Positions 44,317-53,737 of a DNA stretch of 64,000 bases are shown here, one piece after another (positions within the stretch are counted from its first letter, which is position 1; the number at the start of each line of letters is the position of its first letter). The DNA comes from an uncultured delta proteobacterium (GTDB lineage: Bacteria > Desulfobacterota > Binatia > Binatales > Binataceae): assembly GCA_963806485.1 (NCBI GenBank), contig CAWDXY010000001.1, forward strand, positions 192,599 through 256,598. Direction: 5' to 3'. Position numbers and translations under genes: made by a program. A model generated the notes under the pieces. It had not been told where the DNA came from. It was given only the letters and a program-made list of their open reading frames with translations, and searched no databases.

Positions 44317-44593
44317 GTTGAAGCTGAGACCCGACGAAACAGTTCTAAGGCCAGGATCGGCTCCGTCGGCAGCATAACGGTGCTTCCTAATACATATCTA
44401 GTAGTATTCTCAGTTGATTATATTTCCTCTGACTTGACACTAGTAAATTACTAGTTCAAGCTACATAGAGCCGGAATCGATATAAGAGTCGAGTCCCGAC
44501 CTGATCCAGCCTGACAGTGGCCGTTCCGCTCGCCTTTGACCACGTTCCGCTAGACCAACCTCATTAGTACGATCGCAAGGCTTGAGGAGGCCC

Positions 44594-44998
44594 ATGATGG
44601 CACCACCTCGTCGCCACCCTTTCCGCGCCAATCTGTCCGCCGGGGCCGAAAAACTGAGCTTGCTCGCGGGGCTGACCGCCGGCCTCGCATACTCGACCTT
44701 TGCGAGCTTCTTTGCCAATGCTCTCACTCCCGTCAGCGCGCATCTCGTCGAAGCGGATTCATTTCGCCGCATGGTCTCGGGCCACTATCGGGAAGTTCTG
44801 AGCCTCGACGGCGCGACTTCGACCGTGCTGGTGTCGCTGATCGTTTTTGTCCTGGTCTGGTGGTCTACGCGCGTGATTCTGGAGAACTGGAATCGCGAAG
44901 ATTGGGGACGCCTCGATTCAATAGACCGAAGCCTGTCCGGTGGGCCGTTGCTCATACCAGTGACAGTCGCACCGCTGGCATCGGCGGTGAGTAAGTAA
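44594..44998 (+). CDS. Hypothetical two-TM membrane protein
   Basis: GAGGAGG RBS; two hydrophobic segments. Confidence 0.6.
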   Translation: MMAPPRRHPFRANLSAGAEKLSLLAGLTAGLAYSTFASFFANALTPVSAHLVEADSFRRMVSGHYREVLSLDGATSTVLVSLIVFVLVWWSTRVILENWNREDWGRLDSIDRSLSGGPLLIPVTVAPLASAVSK

Positions 44999-45042
44999 AT
45001 TCGCACAAACCAAATCTCAATTCACTCACAGGAGAATGACTC

Positions 45043-45222
45043 ATGAATGGAACAACTGACAAAGTTAAAGGGCGCGTCGAAGAAGCGGCCGGCGTACTGA
45101 CTAATGACAAGAAGCTGAAAAATCGCGGCAAGATGGATCAGGCCGCCGGCAACGTCAAGGATGCGATCGGGAAGACGATCGACAAGGCGGTTGCGGCTGT
45201 CAATCACGACAAGAAGCACTAG
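45043..45222 (+). CDS. CsbD family stress protein (59 aa, missed by the ORF track)
   Basis: MNGTTDKVKGRVEEAAGVLTNDKKLKNRGKMDQAAGNVKDAIGKTIDKAVAAVNHDKKH*; AGGAG RBS. Confidence 0.88.
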   Translation: MNGTTDKVKGRVEEAAGVLTNDKKLKNRGKMDQAAGNVKDAIGKTIDKAVAAVNHDKKH

Positions 45223-45291
45223 TAGTTCCTGACTCCGCCGCCAATTTCTTCCTCAATATCGGCCATGCGCCGAGCCGAAATAAGATTTGGA

Positions 45292-45320
45292 GCCCCCGCC
45301 CATCCAGGATGAGCGGGGGC
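45292..45320. terminator. GC-rich hairpin between convergent genes
   Basis: gcccccgcccatcc-a-ggatgagcgggggc; lacks a strong U-tract. Confidence 0.45.
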
Positions 45321-45341
45321 ATGCCATAACAATAAGCCGGA

Positions 45342-46556
45342 TCAATTGAACAGGTTGAGCTGATTCTCGGAATCGTCGACGAAGTAGATGCCGCTTCCGT
45401 CCGGCACTACCGCGAGTCCAAACAGAGCACCCGCTCCGGCCGGCGCTATCGTAGCCGCCGTTTGAGTGCCATGCGGAGTTGTCTCGACGATATTTCCGTC
45501 GCTGGCGTTAACGGTGAGGATGTCGCCGTTGGGCGCAAGCGTGAGTCCGAGCGGCATCTTCAGCGAACCGCCGGTACTAACAGTGTCTCCGATTCCGGCG
45601 CTGGAGCCGCGGTGCGACGCGCCGTCAATTCTTGCAATGCGGCTGTTGACCGTATCGGCGACATAGAGTGTGTTGCCGTTGTCACCGTGCGAACGGCCGA
45701 CGCCCGCATCACCCGAGAGGCCGACGCCGGTCGGTCCAATGATCAGTGCCAACGGGTCGTTCTCTTCGGCGAACCCCGAACCGATGACCTGCGTTTCCAG
45801 GACGGCCGGCTTTCCAGATCCTTGCGGCGGATTGGACAACGTCATCCTGGCTACCGTCCCCGCGTTAACCGGGGTATCAGCAGGGGCGCTCGCGACAGTG
45901 CCATTCAGCACGTTGGTGAAGAACAGCTGCGCTTTGTTTCCATCCTCACTGGCAGTCATGTCCCATGGCCCATCAATGACGCCGCCCGAAAAAGTCTCGA
46001 CCGGATTGCCGTTCGCGTCGAGCACGATAAGGCATCCCGCGCCCGCCGTGGCGATAGTTCCATCGGTAGTCGGCAAGCTGCCTACAATTACCCATCCGGT
46101 TTTCAGCACGACCAGCGCCGTCGTCAGTCCCACGCCTCCAGGGCAGCCGCCGGGAAGTGTGCTCGCATCGATCTCAGCGAAGGTGGACTGGGTCTGAACG
46201 TTAGGTGCGTACTGCACAATCGAGCTGCCGGTCCCCTGTAGATTACCTGACGGCGGCGCGCCAGCATTGTTGAAGTTGCTGACCAGGATGTTGCCCTCGG
46301 CAAGGCTGCCAACCGTTTGAGGGATGACTGCCACTCCATAAGGATTCTGGTCACCAACTTCGAACCCGGCCGCAGGCGTGGACGTCGTACCCTGCGTGAC
46401 TGTACTGAAGTTGTTGATGAACGGCTCAGACCCATGCCCGTGGCCTTGCTTGGGGCCGTGCGCTAATGCCGCCGACGCGACAAGGCCGACTAGCGCCCCC
46501 GCTGTCATCATTGACACTGCTACTCTTCCGAGGCTCTTGCGGTTTTGTGTGTTCAT
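45342..46556 (-). CDS. Secreted beta-propeller-like (NHL-like) hypothetical protein
   Basis: Signal peptide, His-rich mature N-terminus, repeats NPYGVAV / GPWDMT / GPTGVGL / PLGLTLAPNG / LFGLAV; AGGAGG RBS. Confidence 0.75.
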   Translation of the reverse strand: MNTQNRKSLGRVAVSMMTAGALVGLVASAALAHGPKQGHGHGSEPFINNFSTVTQGTTSTPAAGFEVGDQNPYGVAVIPQTVGSLAEGNILVSNFNNAGAPPSGNLQGTGSSIVQYAPNVQTQSTFAEIDASTLPGGCPGGVGLTTALVVLKTGWVIVGSLPTTDGTIATAGAGCLIVLDANGNPVETFSGGVIDGPWDMTASEDGNKAQLFFTNVLNGTVASAPADTPVNAGTVARMTLSNPPQGSGKPAVLETQVIGSGFAEENDPLALIIGPTGVGLSGDAGVGRSHGDNGNTLYVADTVNSRIARIDGASHRGSSAGIGDTVSTGGSLKMPLGLTLAPNGDILTVNASDGNIVETTPHGTQTAATIAPAGAGALFGLAVVPDGSGIYFVDDSENQLNLFN

Positions 46557-46691
46557 AGCACTTCGGTTCCTCCTTGAATTTCCGGCAAAGTGCGTTTATG
46601 AGACCCCCCAGGTCTCGTGGGCATTAAAAAGGCTACCCGCCTTCCAAACCGAGTCAAGTTGAACTCTGAAAGTAACCATCGTTAAGACCGC

Positions 46692-47126
46692 TTACTTCAC
46701 TACCACTTCACCTGTCATTCCGGACGTTTCATGGGGCGCGCATATGTACTTGTAGGTCCCCGGCTGGGTGAAGGTATAAGTGAAGCTCTGGCCCGGCTGC
46801 ATGAAGCCCGAGTCGAACGGCTTGACGCCCGCGGGATTGCTCACGTCGGCAGGATTCACCGCGGCGGACGGATCGCTGGAAGCGTGATGCACCGAGTTGC
46901 CGACGTTTTTCCACTCAACGGTCTCACCGACTCTTATCGTGAGTTTTGCCGGCTCATAAGTCGCTGGCATATCGATCATCTTTACGACTATTGGGGGCGT
47001 GGACGCGGCCGCGCTTGTGAGATGCACTCCCACAAATGCGGCGATAGCTAGTACGGCGCCAATGCCCAGCACTCCCAGGCCGACCAGGTAACGCGGTACC
47101 CTTCTGCTTACGACTCTGTATTGCAT
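46692..47126 (-). CDS. Plastocyanin/azurin-family blue copper protein
   Basis: N-terminal TM/signal; GETVEW.N....H and Y.CAPHETSGM.G.V.V give the type-1 Cu ligands H, C, H, M; GAGGAG RBS. Confidence 0.92.
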   Translation of the reverse strand: MQYRVVSRRVPRYLVGLGVLGIGAVLAIAAFVGVHLTSAAASTPPIVVKMIDMPATYEPAKLTIRVGETVEWKNVGNSVHHASSDPSAAVNPADVSNPAGVKPFDSGFMQPGQSFTYTFTQPGTYKYICAPHETSGMTGEVVVK

Positions 47127-47158
47127 ACTCCTCGCTCCTTCGCATTTGCGCGTTAGTA

Positions 47159-47443
47159 TCAACGCGCTTGCTTTAGAAATTCCGTAATGGCCCTGATGTC
47201 TTTGGCCGGCATGATCGACTGTGTGCGCATATGCATCGTTATCGCATCCCACTGGGCAGGCGAAAACTGGGATCCAGGCCGCGCGTTGTGGCACTGAGCG
47301 CAGTAGACCGGCCACAGCTTGGCGCCCGTGACAAATAGCTCTCGCTGCTCTTTGCTCTGTTCTTCCGAGGCGATACCTATGCCTGGTTTCATTGTGGCTA
47401 TAGCCAGTGCGAACACGAGCAAAGCACCTTTCCTCTTCCACAC
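47159..47443 (-). CDS. Small periplasmic monoheme cytochrome c
   Basis: Signal peptide; GAKLW..YCAQCH, W.....HM (distal Met), I.EFL. Confidence 0.9.
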   Translation of the reverse strand: MWKRKGALLVFALAIATMKPGIGIASEEQSKEQRELFVTGAKLWPVYCAQCHNARPGSQFSPAQWDAITMHMRTQSIMPAKDIRAITEFLKQAR

Positions 47444-47454
47444 GCCTTAAAGCC

Positions 47455-48975
47455 TCAAAATCCAATCGACAATTGTGTCAGCAGCGCCTTATCGTTAGCA
47501 GTCGCGTCGATCGCGCTTACCTTGGGAGTGCTGGCTCCGTTGAACGAAACCAGCGAACCACCGGTCCGTGGCAGCTCCAGGTCGAACTCGGTCTGCCAGA
47601 CAATCGACGGCTCAATCCAATAGTCAATTCCGAAAGCCACTTCTCGCGCATGCGGACTGAATATCGACGGCGAGCCGCTGAACCCTACTGCTGGAGCCGT
47701 AGTTACTTCGTCCGCCACAATCGCGCGTTGATTGACGCCCGAATAACGCGCCAGCAGCTCGAGCCGTCGAAGCGCGTTGTCAAGGTCATCGCTGATACGC
47801 GTCGAGGGCAGATGCTGCAGGAAGTACCCGGCCTGTACGTACCACCCTTGCCGGTTATCGGGGCCTGAACCTGCCGGCATCTGCCGATAACTCTCTGCAT
47901 ACTCGGCGCGCGCCTGTAAGTCCTTATATAGGTACGCGGCGCTCACTCCCCACGAGTAAAACCAGTTGGAGTCGAGCCATTTTCCGTCGTAGGTCGAAGC
48001 GCCCACTTCCAGACGGCCTAGCCCTGAATCAAGTGGAAACGGATAGAAGCGGAATCGTCCGCCGAAAGCTCGCCCGTTGGTATTCAGCGCAATGTTGTTT
48101 TCTGGATTGAGAGTCTGGCCGACGACTGGCTTTGGCAAAGTGGGGTCATAACTCGGCCCATTAGCTATCCAGGTTGTATAGTCAACGTCCTGCCCAAGCG
48201 CGCCCCACTGCACCGAACCCCGTAGCTGCACTCCTATGTCGGTTGGCGGAACGATCGGCTCGGCGCCATATAGGAGCGGGGCCGTTATGAAACGATTTAC
48301 CCACAATGGGCTTTGATCTTCGTACCAATCGCCAAAAGGCTCGTCGAATATCCCCGCGTTAACCTCCAGGTAATCGTTCAGAAATATCTGCGCGGTCGCG
48401 ACGGGCAGAGTAAAACTCGCTCCCGAACCCGGTGGCAGCGAAGCCTGGATCGTACCCTCGAATAGAATCCAGTCGTTGAGCCGATATAGGATGAGGGGCT
48501 CGAACTGGAGCGAGAAGGTGTTCTGCGCGGTCTGTTTATCGTAGATGAAGGTGCCTGCCGCCGCGCCGGTGAGTGTGAACTGATGCGCGCCGAGGTACTG
48601 GCTCATTTCTGATTGGAAATCTGCCTGCGAAGTCTTCGCAGCGACTTGAGTCTGCAGTTCCTGCAATTTTTGATCGGTGTCGCTCATGAATTTAGTATCG
48701 TTGATTTCCAATGTGTTCGCGGTTTTCCCGATCTTCTGATTTTGTGTTTCGAGGCCTTTTAGCTGCTTCTCCAGCTCCTCGATGCGCCTTTCGTCTTGCT
48801 CGACGCGCTTGCGTTCAGCCGCCTCAGAGCCTTTGAGCGTGGTGATTTCCTGTCGAAACTGAACGAGATCGTTGGCCTTGCTGCCATCTTCCTCCTCAAG
48901 GGCGATGCGAGGCGCGATGAACAGCATCATCGCGATCGCAAGCGTGGTCGCTACTCGATGTCCCCCGAATGCCAA
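47455..48975 (-). CDS. Outer-membrane beta-barrel (porin-like) with an N-terminal coiled coil
   Basis: Signal peptide, ~90-aa coiled coil, amphipathic beta-strands (G.FD.PFG, GWYVQAGY, LELLARYS, GIDYW), C-terminal Phe (LSIGF). Confidence 0.8.
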   Translation of the reverse strand: MAFGGHRVATTLAIAMMLFIAPRIALEEEDGSKANDLVQFRQEITTLKGSEAAERKRVEQDERRIEELEKQLKGLETQNQKIGKTANTLEINDTKFMSDTDQKLQELQTQVAAKTSQADFQSEMSQYLGAHQFTLTGAAAGTFIYDKQTAQNTFSLQFEPLILYRLNDWILFEGTIQASLPPGSGASFTLPVATAQIFLNDYLEVNAGIFDEPFGDWYEDQSPLWVNRFITAPLLYGAEPIVPPTDIGVQLRGSVQWGALGQDVDYTTWIANGPSYDPTLPKPVVGQTLNPENNIALNTNGRAFGGRFRFYPFPLDSGLGRLEVGASTYDGKWLDSNWFYSWGVSAAYLYKDLQARAEYAESYRQMPAGSGPDNRQGWYVQAGYFLQHLPSTRISDDLDNALRRLELLARYSGVNQRAIVADEVTTAPAVGFSGSPSIFSPHAREVAFGIDYWIEPSIVWQTEFDLELPRTGGSLVSFNGASTPKVSAIDATANDKALLTQLSIGF

Positions 48976-49255
48976 TCCCGAATTCTCCTTCCAGTAAAAA
49001 ATACAGGATCGGCGATCATCGAATTCACGATCCGGCTCCCTGCTGAACTCACGCGCGTGAGATTTGGTTCCCGCGATTCAAAAGCCGAACGGCGAGTCCC
49101 AAAAAATATCGCGACGACTTCGATCGACCATCGACTTTTCATACCTTTCCGGCTTTCGAAGTCTGGCCACAAATGATAAGAGTGCGCCGTTGGTTTTGTT
49201 GACGCGTGATATGAGGGCAAACCGTACGGGGATTACGATCGCCGGGAGAAAAATC

Positions 49256-49519
49256 ATGCCGCAAAAGATACGCAGCACTCTCTGGACCTCAACCGCATCG
49301 GGGCTGTTGATCACGGTCTTGACATTCTCAGGGTGTTCGATGTTTTCCGCGTCGAATGTACCTGTCGATTGCGACGTTGTGAAAACCCAGGTCGCGGCCG
49401 GACAGACCGACGCTCAGATCGCATCTAACTTGAATGCCCAGGTGGATCAGGTTGCGGCCTGCCACGGTCCTGAGACCGGAGGCAACAAGAACACAGTAAT
49501 CCCCGAGAAAGGCTACTGA
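49256..49519 (+). CDS. Small hypothetical lipoprotein
   Basis: Hydrophobic stretch plus FSGC lipobox, two further Cys; GGAG RBS. Confidence 0.65.
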   Translation: MPQKIRSTLWTSTASGLLITVLTFSGCSMFSASNVPVDCDVVKTQVAAGQTDAQIASNLNAQVDQVAACHGPETGGNKNTVIPEKGY

Positions 49520-49620
49520 CCCCTGATACCGCCATCTGCGTAAGAACGCTTCGCGATCGACGGGCTGGGCGGCCGTCCTGGAAGATTCTGGTCTCGCTCG
49601 CGACGGCGGTCTTTCTGTGC

Positions 49621-51834
49621 ATGAGCGCGGCCTTCGGCGCGCCGGCCCCGCCCTCTCCCAACGAGTCCACGCTCGAGCGCAGTTTCGACGCGCTCATTCA
49701 CCCGGACGATCTGCGCGACTGGATGAAGCTGCTCGCCGCCCAGCCGAACCATGTCTCCTCGCCGCACGACAAGACTAACGCCGACCAAATCCTCGCCTGG
49801 TTCAAGAGCTGGGGCTGGGATGCGCACATCGAGACTTTCTGGGTGCTGTACCCCACTCCTATCACGGAGACTCTCGAGCTGGTCGCCCCACAAAAGTTCA
49901 GCGCCACGCTGCAGGAGCCACCCATTCCCGGCGACTCCAGCGCGACGGCAACCGATCCCGCGCTTCCCGCCTACGTCGACTACCAGCGCGACGGCGACGT
50001 CACCGCCGGCCTCGTATACGTCAATTTTGGGATGCTCGACGACTATAAGACTCTCGAGCGACTCGGTGTAAGCGTCAAGGGCAAAATCGTCATCGCCCGC
50101 TACGGCGCCGGATGGCGCGGGTTGAAGCCCAAGCTCGCACAGGATCACGGCGCGATTGGCTGCATCATATACTCTGACCCGGCCCAGGACGGTTATTCCG
50201 TCGACGAGACTTATCCTAACGGTCCTATGCGTCCGCCCCACGGTGTGCAGCGCGGATCCGTGCTCGACATGAGTCTCTATCCTGGCGATCCCTTGACGCC
50301 CGGGATCGGTGCGACTAAGGATGCGAAGCGCCTGAAGACGTCCGACGCGCCTACCATAATAAAGATTCCCACTATACCTATTTCCTATGCCGACGCTCAG
50401 GTCTTTCTGGCGGCCATCGCAGGCCCCGTAGCTCCGCAAGCATGGCGCGGGGCGCTGCCTATAACCTATCGAGTAGGACCGGGGCCCGCGTTAGTCCATC
50501 TGGCAGTGAAGTCCGATTGGCAGCAACAACCTATCTATGACGTCATTGCGAGCATGAAAGGTTCGACCTGGCCGGACCAGTGGGTAGTGCGCGGCAATCA
50601 TCACGACGGCTGGGTGTTCGGCGCCACCGACCCTTTGTCGGGCCAGGTCGCGCTGCTTGCCGAGGCCAAGGCTTTTGGCGGTCTCGCCAGGCAGGGTTGG
50701 CAGCCCAAACGCACGATCGTTTACACCAGTTGGGACGCCGAGGAGCCGATGATTCTGGGATCGACCGAATGGGCGGAGGATCACGCCGCCGAACTTAAAA
50801 AGAAGGTTGTCCTGTACATCAACTCGGACTCGAACGGACGCGGCTTTTTGGAGGTGGGTGGAAGCCAGGACTTCCAGCACCTGGTGAACGAAGTCGCCGC
50901 CGACGTAATCGATCCTGAGACCGGTGTTTCTATTGGCCAGCGGCTGCGCGCGAAAGTGCGTGTAGCTGCGCTCGCACCTGGTGCCAGCGAGCACCTGAGG
51001 GCTGTGGCGAAGATCGCGGCGGACCCGGATAAGGACTTTCCGATCGAGGCGCTGGGGTCGGGCTCCGACTTTTCAGCATTTCTCGATCACTTGGGTCTGC
51101 CGGTGCTGGATGTCGGCTTCGGCGAAGAGGGACAGTCCGGCGGCGTCTACCACTCTCGCTATGACACTTTCGAGCATCACAGCCGCTTCGTCGATCCGGG
51201 CTTCGTGTACGATGCGATGCTGGCTAAAACGGTCGGCCGAATAGTGCTGCGTGCAGCCGATTCCGATCTCCCTCTCCAGGATGCAACCGCTTTCGCGAAT
51301 GCTGTCTCGGACTATCTGGATCAAGTTAAGAAGCTCGCCGATGACGAGCGCGAGGAGGCCGAGACTCAGTCTAAGCTCCTACACGACCGCGCGTTCCAGC
51401 TGGCCGCCGACCCCACCAAGTCGAGCGGCCTGCCCACGGCGCTCGACCGCGTCCCCCATCTAGAGTTCGCGGCACTGGAAGACGCCGTCGATCGCCTGAA
51501 GCGCACCGCCAAAGCCTATGACGATGCGCTGGCGAAAAACGCCTCACACCTATCCAGCTCCCAGATAGCACAAGTGCAGGCCCTTATGATCAACATAGAC
51601 CAGACCTTGGCGCCCGAAAATGTAGGCTTGCCTGGTCGGGACTGGTACAAGAATTTGATCTATGCCCCCGGTCGCTACACCGGCTACGAAGCTAAAACCT
51701 TACCCGGAGTCCGCGAGGCAATCGAAGACCGCCGCTGGTCCGACGCCAACCGCTACGCCAAACTAACCGCCGACGCGCTAAATGCATACAGCGACCGCCT
51801 GAACCAGGCCACAACCGTACTCAACGGCAGCTAA
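49621..51834 (+). CDS. M28 peptidase, glutamate carboxypeptidase II / transferrin-receptor-like
   Basis: PA domain (GKIVIARYG, YSDP), GNHHDGW, GATDP.SG, WDAEE, GSGSD, YHS.YD, C-terminal dimerisation domain; true start probably further upstream. Confidence 0.9.
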   Translation: MSAAFGAPAPPSPNESTLERSFDALIHPDDLRDWMKLLAAQPNHVSSPHDKTNADQILAWFKSWGWDAHIETFWVLYPTPITETLELVAPQKFSATLQEPPIPGDSSATATDPALPAYVDYQRDGDVTAGLVYVNFGMLDDYKTLERLGVSVKGKIVIARYGAGWRGLKPKLAQDHGAIGCIIYSDPAQDGYSVDETYPNGPMRPPHGVQRGSVLDMSLYPGDPLTPGIGATKDAKRLKTSDAPTIIKIPTIPISYADAQVFLAAIAGPVAPQAWRGALPITYRVGPGPALVHLAVKSDWQQQPIYDVIASMKGSTWPDQWVVRGNHHDGWVFGATDPLSGQVALLAEAKAFGGLARQGWQPKRTIVYTSWDAEEPMILGSTEWAEDHAAELKKKVVLYINSDSNGRGFLEVGGSQDFQHLVNEVAADVIDPETGVSIGQRLRAKVRVAALAPGASEHLRAVAKIAADPDKDFPIEALGSGSDFSAFLDHLGLPVLDVGFGEEGQSGGVYHSRYDTFEHHSRFVDPGFVYDAMLAKTVGRIVLRAADSDLPLQDATAFANAVSDYLDQVKKLADDEREEAETQSKLLHDRAFQLAADPTKSSGLPTALDRVPHLEFAALEDAVDRLKRTAKAYDDALAKNASHLSSSQIAQVQALMINIDQTLAPENVGLPGRDWYKNLIYAPGRYTGYEAKTLPGVREAIEDRRWSDANRYAKLTADALNAYSDRLNQATTVLNGS

Positions 51835-51859
51835 GCGGAAGGCTATCAAGCTCTTCGCA

Positions 51860-53161
51860 CTACCAGTAGCGCAGGTCCGTATAGGGGCGCGTGATCGATG
51901 GCTCCTTCAGGCCCCATCGCAAGGCGCGAGTGTCGGGCTCGGGACGCGATTTCTCCATCATCGCGGCAAGCTTCGGGAGATGCTCGATCGGAATCGCCAG
52001 GTACTCGCGGCCTAACTCATGTGCGCGCCCGATCATCCATCGGAGCAGGCGCGCCATGCACTCCTCGGATCCGTCTTCGTAGCCGAAGTCCAGCACGCAC
52101 GCGATCGCGATCAATCGATGCTCATCGCCGCCAATCCTGCGCCACTGCTCGCGCATATCGCGGCCGCGATCCCACAAGCCGCCGCACGCGCGGATGCGTC
52201 CCGCCTCTTCGAGCACGAAGTAATCGGTCCATCCGTAGACGCTCTTCCACCAGTCCATCATGGGATTGCCGGTCGGCTTCGGACGCTCGCCCCAGAAGCC
52301 TTCGTCGAGCACGTCTTCGAGAAACTCGGCGGTGTAGGGCCGGAACAGGTCCATCCCTGCATGAGTGCGATTGATGAGCGCGACGCACGCCGCCAGATCC
52401 TCGCGCCGGACCGGGCGGATCGCGCGATCGTCGTCGCCTTGCGCGTCGGCGGGAAATTGCGCGACGGAAATCGGCAGACCCGGCACCGAGCCTTCGCGCG
52501 TGGGCGTGTTTTCGAAAAATTGCGGGCTGTACTTCTGCCACCAGTTCACCACCGCAAAATTCTGCGAGCGCATGATGTCGTATTGGCCGACCGACGGGCG
52601 CGCCATTCCGGGCGGCATCGCGAGCCGGCGCACCTGGTCCCCATAGCCGAGCCGGCGATAGGCGCGCCGCACCCGCAGCGCCTGTCCGTATTGCACCGAA
52701 AAGGGGCGCCCGCCGATCAGCACCTTGCGCCGCGAAAACGCGCAGCACGCTACGATTTCAGGGCCGATCAACAGGATTGGGATTTGAACATTCTGCTGCA
52801 GCCTGAATTGCGCGAATGCGTCGGGTCCGCGCTCGACGATAATTTCCCAGCCGGCGATCTCCTCGGGCGAATCGGACCACAGCGCGGAGAATTCCTCGTT
52901 GTCGGCATAGGTCGCGTCGCGCGCGCGCAAGTCGCCGGTCGTCATCCGCTCGTACCACTTGAGTTGCGCGGCCGTCTGCTCCGGCGAAAGGCCAAACCAG
53001 GTCCACGAATAGAGCGACGAGAGCGGCACGCGTGCGTTGGCGATACGGCGCGTCAGCTCGGCCGACCATCCACGCTCCTTCGCGATCTTCGCCAGCGCCT
53101 CCGGGATCGCAGGCTCGCCGCCGGCATCGTTATCGCGAGAGTCGTCGCCTGATTTCGTCAT
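51860..53161 (-). CDS. Hypothetical protein with probable GNAT-like domains
   Basis: LRVRRAYRRLGYG (acetyl-CoA-binding-like motif A), IRPVRREDL..C..LIN. Confidence 0.55.
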   Translation of the reverse strand: MTKSGDDSRDNDAGGEPAIPEALAKIAKERGWSAELTRRIANARVPLSSLYSWTWFGLSPEQTAAQLKWYERMTTGDLRARDATYADNEEFSALWSDSPEEIAGWEIIVERGPDAFAQFRLQQNVQIPILLIGPEIVACCAFSRRKVLIGGRPFSVQYGQALRVRRAYRRLGYGDQVRRLAMPPGMARPSVGQYDIMRSQNFAVVNWWQKYSPQFFENTPTREGSVPGLPISVAQFPADAQGDDDRAIRPVRREDLAACVALINRTHAGMDLFRPYTAEFLEDVLDEGFWGERPKPTGNPMMDWWKSVYGWTDYFVLEEAGRIRACGGLWDRGRDMREQWRRIGGDEHRLIAIACVLDFGYEDGSEECMARLLRWMIGRAHELGREYLAIPIEHLPKLAAMMEKSRPEPDTRALRWGLKEPSITRPYTDLRYW

Positions 53162-53304
53162 TGTAGTAGCGACATATAGAGACGAGCCACGCCCAGCGCA
53201 AGTTCAGAATGGAACCGTCCAGTTGGAGACGATGAATTGACTAGTCACGGTGGCGCATACTAACGATGAGATTCGCGATCGTCGGCCCGAAAAATGAGGA
53301 TGCT

Positions 53305-53685
53305 ATGATCAAACTTGTCTACGTAGTCCGAAAGCGTGCTGACATCTCGGAAAAAGACTTCCACGAGTACTGGCTGAAGAAGCATGGACCGCTGGTGCGC
53401 AGTTTCGCGAAATCGATGCGCGCAAAAAAATACGTCCAGAGCCACACCGTCTTCGAAGACGCGGGCCGGCAGATCAGAAACACCCGCCCCAAAATGAAAG
53501 AGACCTGCGACGGAATCACAGAAGTATGGTGGGACACGCTGGAAGACTTCACTGGCGCCGCCGAACCCAAAGGAAGCGCAGAAGCGGCCCGCGCACTCCT
53601 GGAAGACGAATCAAAATTCATAGACTTCGAACGTTCCTCAATCTTCCTGACCGAAGAACACGAAATCTTCGATTACACCAAGTAA
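53305..53685 (+). CDS. EthD-domain protein
   Basis: MIKLVY..RKR...S..DF..YW...H.PL, YVQSH, DGITEVWWD, LLEDE.KFID. Confidence 0.88.
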   Translation: MIKLVYVVRKRADISEKDFHEYWLKKHGPLVRSFAKSMRAKKYVQSHTVFEDAGRQIRNTRPKMKETCDGITEVWWDTLEDFTGAAEPKGSAEAARALLEDESKFIDFERSSIFLTEEHEIFDYTK

Positions 53686-53702
53686 TTCTCAGCGCGCGTT
53701 TT

Positions 53703-53731
53703 TTGACACTTCGCCGCCGTAGTCGTATAGT
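53703..53731 (+). promoter_or_regulatory. Sigma70 promoter of the thi operon
   Basis: TTGACA, 17-nt spacer, TATAGT immediately upstream of the riboswitch. Confidence 0.8.
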
Positions 53732-53737
53732 CAAACC

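Noticed and set aside
47455-48975. Calling the porin Cyc2 or MtrB outright
   Set aside because: It has no CxxCH of its own and no multiheme partner; only an analogy is supportable
53237-53262. TTGACT and the palindrome tgactagtca upstream of the EthD gene
   Set aside because: No -10 at plausible spacing; a 10-bp palindrome can occur by chance
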